The notes: generated from the letters alone by a model not told the origin. A DNA stretch of 37,767 nucleotides from a bacterium (GCA_049472335.1 JBLIRO010000047.1:1-37767), one strand, 5' to 3'. Counted from the first letter of the stretch, positions 1 through 10,531 are shown. Numbers and translations: made by a program.

Positions 1-192
1 GAAAATTTTAAAAATGCTTCTGATGATATACCTTACTTTAGTGAGATTACTACAGTAATGTTAGCAATATGTAATATGCTTGGATTAGCAGCATTCTATG
101 TGCTAATTGCTAAATCTGAAGCCTTGCGATTTCCGTGCGCTTTCTTCGGTTCCAATGATATACCTAGAGATGAATCGATATCAAAAACATAA
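1..192 (+). CDS. 3' end of a hypothetical gene running off the window edge (possible cassette gene)
   Basis: Frame 1 is open from base 1 to TAA 190-192 (ENFKNASDD...DESISKT*), ending 30 bp before an attC-like site. No recognisable motif. Confidence 0.3.
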   Translation, partial: ENFKNASDDIPYFSEITTVMLAICNMLGLAAFYVLIAKSEALRFPCAFFGSNDIPRDESISKT

Positions 193-221
193 AAAAGAGT
201 AAAATGTGAATCCTTAAAATC

Positions 222-316
222 GCCTAACCACAGCTGACCTGGTTGTGGAGCTGATCATGAATTGCGAAGCCTTTTCCGGTTGCGTCCACAAGACAGGTCA
301 TGCGCAGTCGTTGAAC
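222..316. other. attC-like integron recombination site
   Basis: GCCTAAC (222-228, RYYYAAC) and GTTGAAC (310-316, GTTRRRY) flank imperfect inverted arms TGACCTGGTTGTGGAGC / GCGTCCACAAGACAGGTCA. It also reads GTTCAAC...GTTAGGC on the minus strand, and the extra-base asymmetry favours the minus orientation. Confidence 0.65.
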
Positions 317-503
317 TAAACCGCTTCGCGGTGACCTTCCGTACCCTTCATTCCTGATATTCCATTTATAATCAAACGGATCCTTTTTTCAAACACCTCC
401 AAGATATATCCGCATTGAAATCATAACCTATATTTACCAAAATACCTAATTCAGCTATCTGCATGTAAAAAATAACCCCTAAATCATAAGGAGGAGGCAT
501 ATC

Positions 504-635
504 ATGACCCCACTGAGAGCTAAAATGATCGATGAGATGAAACTTAGAAGATTCGCACCAAATACCCAAGAGGCCTATGTGTCTGCAGTAGAAGGTTTAG
601 CAAGATTCTATAATCAACCCCCGGATCGGTTGGAT
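504..635 (+). pseudogene. Truncated tyrosine recombinase/integrase (N-terminal SAM-like domain of the type usually found beside IS91-family transposases)
   Basis: SD AAGGAGG, then MTPLRAKMIDEMKLRRFAPNTQEAYVSAVEGLARFYNQPPDRL, which matches the Phage_int_SAM_4-type N-terminus. Similarity stops at about codon 44 and there is no catalytic domain. Confidence 0.8.
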
Positions 636-859
636 TTGATGGTATTTACAGGTTTTCAACAGACGGTCCCTCCAACTTACCTGTCGCCCTCGAAGGTTTC
701 TGGCAAACCAGTAACCGGTTTGTTCTCTACTACAACGAGGTGGCCAGGATCAACAACTTCAGAATCAATATAACTTTTGAAGGTGAAGAAGCAGTGGTAG
801 AACTCGATGATCCGACCGACTATTTTGACCAAACGATTACGGGTAAGATACAGAATTAA
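629..859 (+). pseudogene. Start-less 3' remnant of a gene, resembling the C-terminal domain of serine hydrolase (beta-lactamase-like) proteins
   Basis: Frame not in the ORF track: VGFDGIYRFSTDGPSNLPVALEGFWQTSNRFVLYYNEVARINNFRINITFEGEEAVVELDD...KIQN* (TAA 857-859). It begins where integrase similarity ends. The family guess is from memory. Confidence 0.45.
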
Positions 860-890
860 TATTTCTAATTATAAAGCGTCTTGTGCAACC

Positions 891-944
891 GTATAATCAA
901 ATTCAGCGGGCGCAAAAATCTGTACCGGTGATTTGATTTAGATT
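891..944 (+). other. Degenerate short attC-like site
   Basis: Arms AATCAAATTCAGCGG (895-909) and CCGGTGATTTGATT (925-938) pair with one extra base on the left arm. It lies ~30 bp after the 859 stop. The R boxes are eroded (GTATAAT / TTTAGAT). Confidence 0.45.
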
Positions 945-951
945 TGAAAAA

Positions 952-1200
952 GTGGTCCTTCAGATAATTGCAAGCTGTACGCTTATAGGATTTGCTATCG
1001 GAATAAGTTGTCTATCAATAGGTCATTGGTCCTTACATGGACTAATAATAGGGATGATATTCAGCTTTCCGTTGGCATTTACTGGCCTAATGGCCCCGGA
1101 CAATCCAGAATTCACTAAAGTGAGTATGTTTGTATGGGCCATAGTATTAGGAATGATCTATGGATTACTTATAGAAGTGATTACGTCACTTTTATTTTAG
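952..1200 (+). pseudogene. 5'-truncated small integral membrane protein
   Basis: Three hydrophobic helices (LIGFAIGIS, HWSLHGLIIGMIFSFPLAF, LGMIYGLLIEVIT). No SD, and it starts mid-helix right after the attC-like site. Confidence 0.5.
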
Positions 1201-1387
1201 GGCGAAAATTGATGTCCCAGAAAAAATCACTTGATATCATTAGATAAAATTTATAAAATGTTTTAAATTCATTAAAAAAACTCCTTGGCCTGTTCGTTAA
1301 TATGTAGCTCAGGGTATCAGGGTGCGAATATGGTGATATTCGCATGTTATTTTATTACATAACTATAAAAAGACAGGGGGATTGGAA

Positions 1388-1957
1388 ATGAAAAAATCAA
1401 TTCTGAATCTTAGCGCAGTTTGTTTTTTTGCAGTTATATTAGTCAGTTGTGCAGGCTTAAAGACCGACATCAGTTCTCCAATGAGATCATCAATTAACAA
1501 CAATAAACGAATTGTTGTATTCCCATTTGAAGATCCCTTGTACAAAGGAAACAGGATAAATAATATCGGTGGTCCGTTTGCTACAATCTTTATCAACAAG
1601 TTACAATCAGCCGGCATCTCCGCGGAGCTTGTGCAGAGTAATGATTTTTCCTCGTCAAATAAAATAGATCTGAAAAAGGCATGTAATTACGCAGCTAATA
1701 ATGGGTATGACATGTTTATAACAGGAACAGTTACTGAATGGATTGATGGTGCTACTCAGTGGTCCGGAACTGTCGATGTCGCAGCGCTGTCTGTAGATGT
1801 ATATAATACACTGAATTGTGAACTTTCCGGTTCTGTTTCAGGCAAACAAAACGGGCAGTGGTTTACTTTTGTGAACGCACCAACTACAAGATTCTTTGAA
1901 CCTTTGTCTGAAGAAATAATAACCACCATGTTAAATCAAGGTGTCTATCGTAAATAA
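1388..1957 (+). CDS. Lipoprotein, DUF4823-like
   Basis: ATG 1388 with GGGGG SD, basic N-terminus, lipobox LVSC, and EWIDGATQWSG motif similar to the WEDRATEWSG signature. Confidence 0.75.
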   Translation: MKKSILNLSAVCFFAVILVSCAGLKTDISSPMRSSINNNKRIVVFPFEDPLYKGNRINNIGGPFATIFINKLQSAGISAELVQSNDFSSSNKIDLKKACNYAANNGYDMFITGTVTEWIDGATQWSGTVDVAALSVDVYNTLNCELSGSVSGKQNGQWFTFVNAPTTRFFEPLSEEIITTMLNQGVYRK

Positions 1958-2063
1958 TATAATATATAAAGCCCGTTTTTTAATTTCCTTTGATCCTACG
2001 GCCCTCAGGGCAGCTTACGATTAAGAGGCTTGAAATAAATAAAAGGAAAAAATCCCCCTTAGT

Positions 2064-4001
2064 CTATTGGCTCCCCTGCCTCTTGAAAACGAGGACCCCT
2101 AAAGGCGGGACATTGAGGGAAAGAGAATGATATCTTCCATGGAAAGGGACGGGTGAGGCCTCTAGACCTCCAAAGTTTCCGAAACCGCTTCCTTTGTATT
2201 CTTTGGCATCGCTGTTCAAGACCTCCTTCCAGAACCCCCCATAGGGTATACCGACCCTGTAATTTGCTCTGGATATGGGAGTGAAATTACATATTACAAG
2301 TAAAGCATCCTCTGGCGATTTTCCCTTTCTGACAAAGCTGATTATACTTCTCTCAGCATCCTCACAGTGAATCCATTCGAAGCCTTCGGGCTGAAAATCC
2401 TGTTCATAAAGGGCAGGCTCGGACCTGTAAAAGTGATTGAGATCATGGACCCATCGTTTGATCCCTTGATGGGGTTCATAGTCAAGAAGAGGCCAGTCGA
2501 GGGCATGTTCATGGTTCCACTCCTGCCATTGTCCGAATTCCCCGCCCATAAAAAGGAGTTTTTTCCCGGGATGGGTATACATATAGCCGAAAAGGAGCCT
2601 GAGATTGGCAAATTTCTGTTTATCGTCTCCGGGCATCTTTCCGAGCAGAGAGCCCTTCCCGTAAACCACTTCATCGTGGGAGAGGGAGAGGACAAAGTTT
2701 TCCGAAAAGGCATACCATATACTGAAGGTAAGCTTTTCCTGGTGGTACTTGCGATAAACAGGGTCCTTAGAGAAAAAATCGAGCGTGTCATGCATCCATC
2801 CCATATTCCACTTCATACCGAATCCGAGCCCTTCTTCATAAAGTGGGCGGCTCACTTTGGGCCAGGCAGTGGATTCCTCGGCAATAGTTTGCGTATCGGG
2901 GACAGTTGAGTAAACCATCTCATTGAACCGTTTTATAAAGGAGATGGCCTCTATGTTTTCTTTACCCCCATACTGGTTCGGGACCCATTCCCCAGCCTTT
3001 CTTGAATAATCCAGATAAAGCATGGATGCCACTGCATCCACGCGGAGGCCGTCCGCATGGTATTTATCCAGCCAGAAAAGCGCGTTACTGATAAGAAAAT
3101 TGCGCACCTCGTTCCTGCCAAAGTTAAAGATATAGCTTTTCCAATCCGGATGAAATCCCTTCCGCTGGTCGGCATGTTCATAGAGATGGGTCCCGTCAAA
3201 GTAGACCAATCCGTGCTCATCCGAAGGAAAATGCGAAGGCACCCAATCAAATATGACACCTATATTGTTCTGGTGAAGTTTGTCCACCAGGTACATAAAA
3301 TCCTGGGGAGTTCCGAAACGGCTGGTAGGGGCAAAATAGCCGGATGCCTGGTACCCCCATGATCCGAAGAAAGGATGCTCCATGACCGGCAGAAACTCCA
3401 CGTGGGTAAAGCCCATATCCCTGACATATTCCACAAGCTGATGGGCCATTTCCATGTAGCTGAGGGAGCGGTTGCCTTCATTCAGGACCCTGCGCCAGGA
3501 ACCCAGATGAACCTCATAAATGGAAAAAGGGGAATCAAGGGCGTTGCTCCTGTGACGTCCATTCATCCATTCTTTATCACCCCATTCAAAGGAAAGGTCC
3601 CAGATAACAGATGCTGTTTTAGGTGATATCTCCCATAAAAAACAAAAGGGATCTCCCTTGTCAACCATGTAATTATTGTTTGTTGAAACAATACGGTATT
3701 TATAGATGACACCTTTTCCGACTCCCGGGATAAATCCCTCCCAGATACCCGAACCATCCCACCTGGCTTCTAAAGGATGGATATCCGGATTCCATCCGTT
3801 AAAATCCCCTATAACAGATACCCGCTTTGCATTGGGAGCCCATACGGCAAAATAGGTCCCTTCCGCCCCATCAACAATCATGGCATGGGAGCCTAATTTT
3901 TCATAAAGCCTGAAATGGTTTCCCTCCTTGAACAGATAAATATCCTGGTCAGTAAAAAGTGTCGATCCATGGACGATATTTCCCGATCCTGTTGAATTCA
4001 C
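2064..4001 (-). CDS. glgB: 1,4-alpha-glucan branching enzyme (GH13)
   Basis: [62 protein letters not shown] and [15 protein letters not shown] motifs; GTG start with GGGAG SD. Confidence 0.98.
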   Translation of the reverse strand: MNSTGSGNIVHGSTLFTDQDIYLFKEGNHFRLYEKLGSHAMIVDGAEGTYFAVWAPNAKRVSVIGDFNGWNPDIHPLEARWDGSGIWEGFIPGVGKGVIYKYRIVSTNNNYMVDKGDPFCFLWEISPKTASVIWDLSFEWGDKEWMNGRHRSNALDSPFSIYEVHLGSWRRVLNEGNRSLSYMEMAHQLVEYVRDMGFTHVEFLPVMEHPFFGSWGYQASGYFAPTSRFGTPQDFMYLVDKLHQNNIGVIFDWVPSHFPSDEHGLVYFDGTHLYEHADQRKGFHPDWKSYIFNFGRNEVRNFLISNALFWLDKYHADGLRVDAVASMLYLDYSRKAGEWVPNQYGGKENIEAISFIKRFNEMVYSTVPDTQTIAEESTAWPKVSRPLYEEGLGFGMKWNMGWMHDTLDFFSKDPVYRKYHQEKLTFSIWYAFSENFVLSLSHDEVVYGKGSLLGKMPGDDKQKFANLRLLFGYMYTHPGKKLLFMGGEFGQWQEWNHEHALDWPLLDYEPHQGIKRWVHDLNHFYRSEPALYEQDFQPEGFEWIHCEDAERSIISFVRKGKSPEDALLVICNFTPISRANYRVGIPYGGFWKEVLNSDAKEYKGSGFGNFGGLEASPVPFHGRYHSLSLNVPPLGVLVFKRQGSQ

Positions 4002-4131
4002 AGATTTTTTCTCCCTAATTCTTAAAGTATTTTTTGATCGGATTTTAAAGTGTTACTTAAACTAATTGAGGAAAAAATAAGATCTTAGTTGTTTAAAATG
4101 CACGCTTCTTTTTCAATACTTGCGAAGTCAG

Positions 4132-4180
4132 TTCATTATGCATTTTGCATTTTACAATTTGCATTTTTCATTTTGCATTT
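4132..4180. repeat. Seven tandem heptamers (consensus TGCATTT) between treS and glgB
   Basis: TTCATTA TGCATTT TGCATTT TACAATT TGCATTT TTCATTT TGCATTT. Confidence 0.9.
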
Positions 4181-4200
4181 CCCAAATCCTGTTTAATACC

Positions 4201-7200
4201 CTATTTAATACTCAGGATATACTGAATACCTTTTATGGGTATCATGATCCAATCCGGTCTGTTATTCAGCTCATAACCCAGCTCATAAACCGCCTTCTGT
4301 AACAGAAAGGCATCAAATAATATGTTAAACTCTTCCTCATTTCCAGGCAGAAAAGGAGCATCCTTGACCGTATGTATATACGATCGAAGGAACAAGCTGA
4401 TTACATATTGATACCATACTTTTATCCACGGTTCCAGGAATGGTATGTCTGATTGATACATAAAGGAATACTGCAGGAATCCGACCTGGGCAGCATAATG
4501 AAAAGACCTGACCATACCGGCTACATCACGCAAAGGTGAGCGTTTCAGCCGCCTTTCGCTTAACGCGACTGCCGGCTCCCCTTCAAAATCTATGATCACA
4601 AAATCCTTCCCGGTAAAAAGGACCTGCCCCAAATGGTAATCCCCATGTATACGTATTTTTTCACTTGAGATCTTTTTCTCCAGGATCTTTGAAAACCTGC
4701 TCAGGATTTTATTTTCCGCGTTTAAAACCTCGGAAGCATCTTCCTCAAACCTTTTTGAAATATTTTTCATATTTTCTCTCAGCAGTTGAAATACCTTCCG
4801 CGCCAAACTCCTCATGGACTGAAAAACTGATCTCTGATACAGGAGTGAAAACGGCTCCGGGGTAAAGGCCGGATCATCGTTTTGAGAATATAACGCAAGG
4901 TGTAATTCTCCGGTCCGCTGACCAAGAAGCCGAACCATCTCAGAGTAAAAGGGACCTGTCAATTCATATAGGAATGGAAACGCCTCTTTTGGATCTTTTC
5001 CTGAAAGGCCATTGGATATTTGTGGTATGGTCTTGATTTCCGATTTCTTATACAGAATCCTCTCATAATATTTCCGGACCTGATCCAATGTAAACTGCCA
5101 CGCATCCCCTTCATTGGGCACAAAGGTTTGAAGCAAACCAATAAAAACCGGTTCCGAATCCGGGCGTCTGTATTCGATGGCTCCGGCAAAGGGGGGGCTG
5201 TATGGAAAATTTGCCTTTTCTGTCAGAACCCTTGTGATTTCAGCATCCGGGTGTATCCCTTCTTCCAGTTTTCGATACATTTTCAGGATAAAGGCGTTTT
5301 TATAGAGGATGGAGGTATTGCTCTGTTCCGCCCCAAGCACTGAAGAATGCGTGGAAATCTCTTTATCACGGAATGACCCGTGAAACCGTTTATGTGGGTA
5401 AGCAATAAATTCCCCTGACTGTGTCTTTATCTTTTTACGTCTTCTTATTTGATCAAAAAGGATCTGATGCACCTCTTTGCTGAAAGCACCGTCATAGAGA
5501 ATCCCCTCCTCTTCACCTGCCTTCATATGGGCAATAATCCCTTGAGGGAAATCATGTTGAATGGCACGCGCCTCATCATTGACAGCGAATGCCAGAGGCA
5601 TAAAATAGGTCTCAGGGCTACCTTCGTTATAGTATACCTTGAGCATCAGAAGATAAGGAGAATCAAAAACCCTGCAAATAACCGGAGCCATTTCCATGAT
5701 CCGGATATTCCGTATCGTCCTTCCCTTACCACCAAACCAGCGGGATTTTTGGAGATAGGTTTTAAGGATATGCTGCTCCAGCTTTTCCCTTGCTTCAACC
5801 TCAAGGAGTTCCCTTAGATCTGTCTTCAACTGAAGATAGGGAAGTATCTCCTTACTTTCTTTACGGACAACTCCCTTTTCCTTTTGCAGCAAAAACCAGT
5901 AATAATTATGAGGTCCTAATGTGAGAATATAAGGCCCTTTTTTAATCGGAGGGAATTTGTTCTGACTGTAAACCTCCTGAGGAATATAGCCCGCATAATC
6001 TGAAAGGTCCATCTCCACAACCTGGGAAAACCTCGACAGATTCAATACAACCAGGATGGTTTCACCCTGGTATTCACGAATAAATGCCATAACCCTGTGA
6101 TTACTGGGGGACAAAAACCGGATATCTCCCCGGCTGAAGGCCTTAAACCCTTTTCGCATGGCAATTACCCTTTTCATCCACCAGAGCAGCGATGAAACGT
6201 TCCGTTCCTGATTTTCCACATTCACCACTTCATAATGGTATTCCGGGTCAATGATTGTGGGAAGGTATAATTTTTGAGGATTCGTTTTAGAGAATCCCGC
6301 GTTTCTGTCCGGAGTCCACTGGAAAGGTGTTCGAACCCCGTCCCGGTCACCAAGATAGTAATTATCACCCATACCTATCTCATCCCCATAGTAAATCACA
6401 GGAGTGCCGGGCAGGGAAAAGAGCAATACGTTCAGCACCTCGATCCTTGGGCGATTATTTAAAAGAAGGGGGGCCAGCCGCCTTCGAATTCCAAGGTTGA
6501 TTTTTGTTTGAGGGTCCTGCGCATAGACCCGGTACATGTAATCCCTTTCCTCGTCCGTCACCATCTCCAGGGTCAACTCATCATGATTGCGCAGAAATAT
6601 GGCCCATTGACAGGATTCAGGGATTTCAAGGGGCGGGTCCAGGATATCGATAATAGGGAAACGGTCCTCCATCTGGAGGGCCATGAACATCCTCGGCATA
6701 ACCGGGAAGTTAAAGGCCATATGGCACTCATCCCCGCTTCCGAAATAGACTGCCGCATCCTCCGGCCACTGGTTGGCCTCTGCAAGGAGCATCCTGTTTT
6801 TGAACCTGCTTCCAACATGGGCCCTCAATTTCCTCAAAAATTCATGTGTTTCCGGCAGGTTCTCACAATTTGTCCCCTCTCTCTCGTACAGGTAAGGAAC
6901 AGCATCAAGGCGAAGGCCGTCCACACCCATATCCAGCCAAAAATCCATAACACTGAAGATGGCCTTTTGTACCCTGGGATTATCATAGTTGAGATCCGGC
7001 TGGTGGGAATAAAATCTGTGCCAGTAATAGGCCCCGGCAACCGGGTCCCATGTCCAGTTGGAGGTTTCAAAATCTTTGAAGATAATACGGGCATCCTGAT
7101 ATCTTTCCGGTGTCTTGCTCCAGACATAAAAATTACGCCATGAAGAACCGGGTTTTGCCCTCCTGGATTTCTGAAACCATGGATGCTGGTCCGAGGTGTG

Positions 7201-7533
7201 ATTGAGGACCATCTCCGTGATCACCCGAATCCTTCTCTTATGGGCCTGTTTCAGGAATTCCTTGAAATCGTGTAATGTTCCGTAAGCAGGATGGACATTA
7301 AAATGGTCTGAGATATCATAACCGTCGTCTCTGAGTGGAGAGGGGTAAAAAGGCAGCAGCCAGATTGCCGTGATGCCCAGGTTTTTGAGGTAGTCGAGCT
7401 TTGTGATCAGGCCCCTGAAATCCCCTATTCCGTCTTCATTACTGTCACAAAAAGCCTTGATATGAAGCTCATAGATGATGGCATCCTTGTACCATAGAGG
7501 GTCATCCTGTATAAGTATCTTTTTCACAACCAT
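4201..7533 (-). CDS. treS: Trehalose synthase (maltose alpha-D-glucosyltransferase) fused to maltokinase (TreS-Mak/Pep2)
   Basis: WYKDAIIYE, SPLRDDGYDI, YWHRFYSHQPDLN, RLDAVPYL, LLAEANQWPED, FLRNHDELTLE; C-terminal kinase-like domain with RWFGGK, AEQSNTS, RIHGDYHLGQVL, IDFEGEP. Confidence 0.97.
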   Translation of the reverse strand: MVVKKILIQDDPLWYKDAIIYELHIKAFCDSNEDGIGDFRGLITKLDYLKNLGITAIWLLPFYPSPLRDDGYDISDHFNVHPAYGTLHDFKEFLKQAHKRRIRVITEMVLNHTSDQHPWFQKSRRAKPGSSWRNFYVWSKTPERYQDARIIFKDFETSNWTWDPVAGAYYWHRFYSHQPDLNYDNPRVQKAIFSVMDFWLDMGVDGLRLDAVPYLYEREGTNCENLPETHEFLRKLRAHVGSRFKNRMLLAEANQWPEDAAVYFGSGDECHMAFNFPVMPRMFMALQMEDRFPIIDILDPPLEIPESCQWAIFLRNHDELTLEMVTDEERDYMYRVYAQDPQTKINLGIRRRLAPLLLNNRPRIEVLNVLLFSLPGTPVIYYGDEIGMGDNYYLGDRDGVRTPFQWTPDRNAGFSKTNPQKLYLPTIIDPEYHYEVVNVENQERNVSSLLWWMKRVIAMRKGFKAFSRGDIRFLSPSNHRVMAFIREYQGETILVVLNLSRFSQVVEMDLSDYAGYIPQEVYSQNKFPPIKKGPYILTLGPHNYYWFLLQKEKGVVRKESKEILPYLQLKTDLRELLEVEAREKLEQHILKTYLQKSRWFGGKGRTIRNIRIMEMAPVICRVFDSPYLLMLKVYYNEGSPETYFMPLAFAVNDEARAIQHDFPQGIIAHMKAGEEEGILYDGAFSKEVHQILFDQIRRRKKIKTQSGEFIAYPHKRFHGSFRDKEISTHSSVLGAEQSNTSILYKNAFILKMYRKLEEGIHPDAEITRVLTEKANFPYSPPFAGAIEYRRPDSEPVFIGLLQTFVPNEGDAWQFTLDQVRKYYERILYKKSEIKTIPQISNGLSGKDPKEAFPFLYELTGPFYSEMVRLLGQRTGELHLALYSQNDDPAFTPEPFSLLYQRSVFQSMRSLARKVFQLLRENMKNISKRFEEDASEVLNAENKILSRFSKILEKKISSEKIRIHGDYHLGQVLFTGKDFVIIDFEGEPAVALSERRLKRSPLRDVAGMVRSFHYAAQVGFLQYSFMYQSDIPFLEPWIKVWYQYVISLFLRSYIHTVKDAPFLPGNEEEFNILFDAFLLQKAVYELGYELNNRPDWIMIPIKGIQYILSIK

Positions 7534-7772
7534 TATTATCTATATCCCCTTAACATATATACTTATCGTCACCGATCAGATTCGTTACAGCGCAGTCCAT
7601 CTTCCTTTTCTTTTCACCTTTAAATCTTATTACTTGAGCTATGCAAACGCCCAGGTCCCCGGTTTTTAAATCACCTTAGATTATCAAAGGAACATCCCCC
7701 TGACAAGTCCCCTTAACAATACTTGAGACAAAATCTATAACATTAATTCATTTTTTTATTTCCGATTCTTCA

Positions 7773-8129
7773 TCACGGACATGATGGCTTTAATGCTTCC
7801 ACTGCTGAGCCTATTTCTTCATCTGTAGGCAGGTTCGGATTATTGGCGCGAATGACGGAAGGTACTATTTGGGGAAAGCCCTGCAAATAGCGGTTAATAA
7901 AGACTAAATCAAAAATAATGATTGTTGTATTGCCTCCGCTTATGACCTTTGGAAAGGTGACTGTCACCTTGCCGGTTTCGTCGGAGATTACGACCGGGAT
8001 ATCACTTACCGGTGTATTGCATTCCCATATAGCCGGGTTATTGTCATCGCAGTCACCTTCACAGACCATCCAGCCATCTCCATCCGCATCCGTTTCATCC
8101 CCGGGTTTGATCCCATCACAATCGGTATC
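7773..8129 (-). pseudogene. Remnant of a secreted protein with a Cys/Asp-rich putative metal-binding (MopE-like) repeat
   Basis: The frame is open upstream of the ORF-track start up to TAG 8130-8132: DTDCDGIKPGDETDADGDGWMVCEGDCDDNNPAIW. No start codon or signal peptide. Confidence 0.6.
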
Positions 8130-8378
8130 CTAATATCTTTTTTTAGGAGATCCCTTTATTGCTTGCACAGGAGATTTTAGATACAATTCACTTCCGTTAT
8201 TGGTGACAGGAGACACATCCTTTGGGGCGATTGGTCAGAGCAAGTTCGTCTCTTTTCTTAAGGCATCAATTTTTCTGTCTGTTCTAATAAGACCTCCTTG
8301 AGCTTCTTGTTCTATTTTTCTATTTGCCTTATCCGAGGATCGCTCTTTTATTGACAGGAGATCGCTTTATTTTGATAA

Positions 8379-8407
8379 AATATATATAGGATTTCTATTT
8401 TTGTCAA
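8379..8407 (-). promoter_or_regulatory. sigma70-type promoter (TTGACA-17-TATATT)
   Basis: Minus strand reads TTGACA aaaatagaaatcctata TATATT; the block is homologous to 18699-18753. Confidence 0.55.
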
Positions 8408-8470
8408 AACAAATATTCAATAACTATTTACCATAAGATGAAAATGGAATAAAATCAAAAACAAAAATAA

Positions 8471-10531
8471 TCAATAATAGTAATAATTATAAGTATAATA
8501 ATTGTTAATTATAATATTTATTGCACTATTTAAGTATCCTGAACCAAAGACAAAATTAGTTGTATACGGAGAGTCAATAATCATAGATAAAGTATTTGAA
8601 GAATTCAAGCTGTTTCTTAAGTTCCATGAAAAATTTGAATATGATAATGGGTTGTAAGGTAAAAAGGAAGAAGCAAGCAAGTACATGGAAAATAAGGACA
8701 AGTTATCATTCTTGTTGTAAATTGATAAGTATTGAGGTAATAAAGCATTATAAGGAGAATATTGAAAAATTGAATTATAATATTGACGTTCTTCCTTGTT
8801 TTTTGCAGTGATTTTTATCTCATCGGGTTCGGATATATTTTTACCATCGCTTACCATTAATGTTACAATTGTACTCCCTATCGGGAATGTGCCTGTTGGG
8901 GTCGGATTTGTAGGATCATCAAATATTATTCCAGGAGCAAACCAGGCAAAATCCAGCGTTCCTCCTTCGGGATCGTATGAATTTGATCCATCCAGTTGAA
9001 TAATTGCTTCTTTATCATCCTCTCCAAGAACGACCACCTTATCGGGTCCCGCGTCTGCAACGGGAGATAGATTTAATTCACCGTCATCTACAAGAACCGT
9101 TAAACTGGCCCTTCTCTGAAAGGGATATCCATAAATATAATTCGAAGGATTCTGGCCTTCCGAAGCAACAGCAATATCATTAAACGCGGTTAGATTAAAA
9201 ACGTATGGACCGAGTGAGATCTGGCATGAAGAGCCTTCTTCAGAGAAAAGAGGACATGGGGTATAGAAGTTGGAAAAAATCCCATCAAGGGTAATCTGAT
9301 CATTATGTTCGGGAAGTCCATCATCATAAAGGATAATTTCCGGGAGAAATCTTTGCGGACCACTAATCTTTCCCTTAATTGAGATTTCACCTATGAGTTC
9401 TTCCACATCTAAAAAGGCCTGTAATTGAATCAAATCCGAGGGGCCATAAATACGCTTATCCGAATTTATAGAAAATACATCTAAGTATTCCTCCTTGTTT
9501 TTGGCTATTACCTCCAAGACATAAGGGTTTTCATCTGATCCAGATGGAGAGATGATCTTCATTTGCCATATACCGGGTATGGGGTCATTTATCTTATAAA
9601 TTGAATACAAATTACGGGAAATATAACTTATTTCTGAATAAGGATAAATTGCCGAGGGCACAATGCCGCTCAACGCAGTAATTCTAGTACCATCAGGATC
9701 AATGAGAAGGCATTCCAGATCTGAATCCTTGTTCATCCAATAAAGTATAAATATCACCTGCTGACAATAAGGATCAACCGGAACCGGCTCAAAAAGATTT
9801 TCACCAGACAAAATGACATTAAATTGCCTCGCGAGCTCCGCGCCCCCTATTATCTCACTCCATAAGGAGGCAAATGAAGCGGGAAGATAAATTTCATCCG
9901 GCACATATTGATATCTTCCCCCGGTCTGTGTTGACAATTCCATAAGTAAGCTATGATCAACAATGCTTCCAATTCCGATTGTATAGAGCCTGGCCCCCCG
10001 GGCAATCAATCCCGGAAGGGTGCCTTCGGCTGTAATAGCATCTCTAGACCATTGATTGGATAACAAAATAATACAATCGTTATATTTAATCTCTTCTTTT
10101 TCTAATACCCTAAGGGACTCATTTAATCCCTCCCCTAAAAATGGTAATCCTTCCGGTATAATTGAATCGATGATGCTTTGGATTTCAAATTCTTTTGTAT
10201 CAGAACCCTCTGAAGAAGACTCAGGTATGGAGAATTCCAGCGTTGACTCCTCCGCATAGGAAACAAGGCTAAATTTATCATTTGGAACAATCAACTTGGT
10301 AAATAAACTTGCAGCTATTTCAACTAAATCCATCCTGTCTATATTATAAAACAGGGGAGTTCCCATCCTCTGAGAACTGTCAATGCATAAAATCCAATGA
10401 TAAGAATTGTTTGAATCCAGAAACGTTTCTTGAGCATACCCTAATTTCGGATACTTTATGAATCCCAGGCTTAGTCCATTAAGAATAAACAATAAAGACA
10501 AAATCTTCAACTTATAGTAACTATCTCTCAT
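8471..10531 (-). CDS. Secreted vWA-domain protein (degenerate MIDAS) with beta-rich domains, PKD domain and Tyr/Ser/Asn-rich tail
   Basis: Signal peptide ending GYAQ; ILCIDSSQRM, IILLSN and LYTIGIG vWA strands; LYDDG...D...DGIFS motif; PVADAGPD...LDGSNSYDPEG PKD; SD AGGAGG. Confidence 0.85.
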   Translation of the reverse strand: MRDSYYKLKILSLLFILNGLSLGFIKYPKLGYAQETFLDSNNSYHWILCIDSSQRMGTPLFYNIDRMDLVEIAASLFTKLIVPNDKFSLVSYAEESTLEFSIPESSSEGSDTKEFEIQSIIDSIIPEGLPFLGEGLNESLRVLEKEEIKYNDCIILLSNQWSRDAITAEGTLPGLIARGARLYTIGIGSIVDHSLLMELSTQTGGRYQYVPDEIYLPASFASLWSEIIGGAELARQFNVILSGENLFEPVPVDPYCQQVIFILYWMNKDSDLECLLIDPDGTRITALSGIVPSAIYPYSEISYISRNLYSIYKINDPIPGIWQMKIISPSGSDENPYVLEVIAKNKEEYLDVFSINSDKRIYGPSDLIQLQAFLDVEELIGEISIKGKISGPQRFLPEIILYDDGLPEHNDQITLDGIFSNFYTPCPLFSEEGSSCQISLGPYVFNLTAFNDIAVASEGQNPSNYIYGYPFQRRASLTVLVDDGELNLSPVADAGPDKVVVLGEDDKEAIIQLDGSNSYDPEGGTLDFAWFAPGIIFDDPTNPTPTGTFPIGSTIVTLMVSDGKNISEPDEIKITAKNKEERQYYNSIFQYSPYNALLPQYLSIYNKNDNLSLFSMYLLASSFLPYNPLSYSNFSWNLRNSLNSSNTLSMIIDSPYTTNFVFGSGYLNSAINIIINNYYTYNYYYY

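Noticed and set aside
1323..1344. Hairpin TGCGAATAT-GGTG-ATATTCGCA as a third attC site
   Set aside because: Only a 9-bp stem and no paired R boxes could be assigned; it may be a remnant but is unsupported.
2342..7143. Many 60-210 aa ORFs overlapping glgB and treS
   Set aside because: Antisense or alternate-frame shadows of well-supported genes, with no motifs.
7540..7680. Remnant of glgE upstream of treS
   Set aside because: glgE often precedes treS, but I could not find convincing GlgE C-terminal motifs in any frame.
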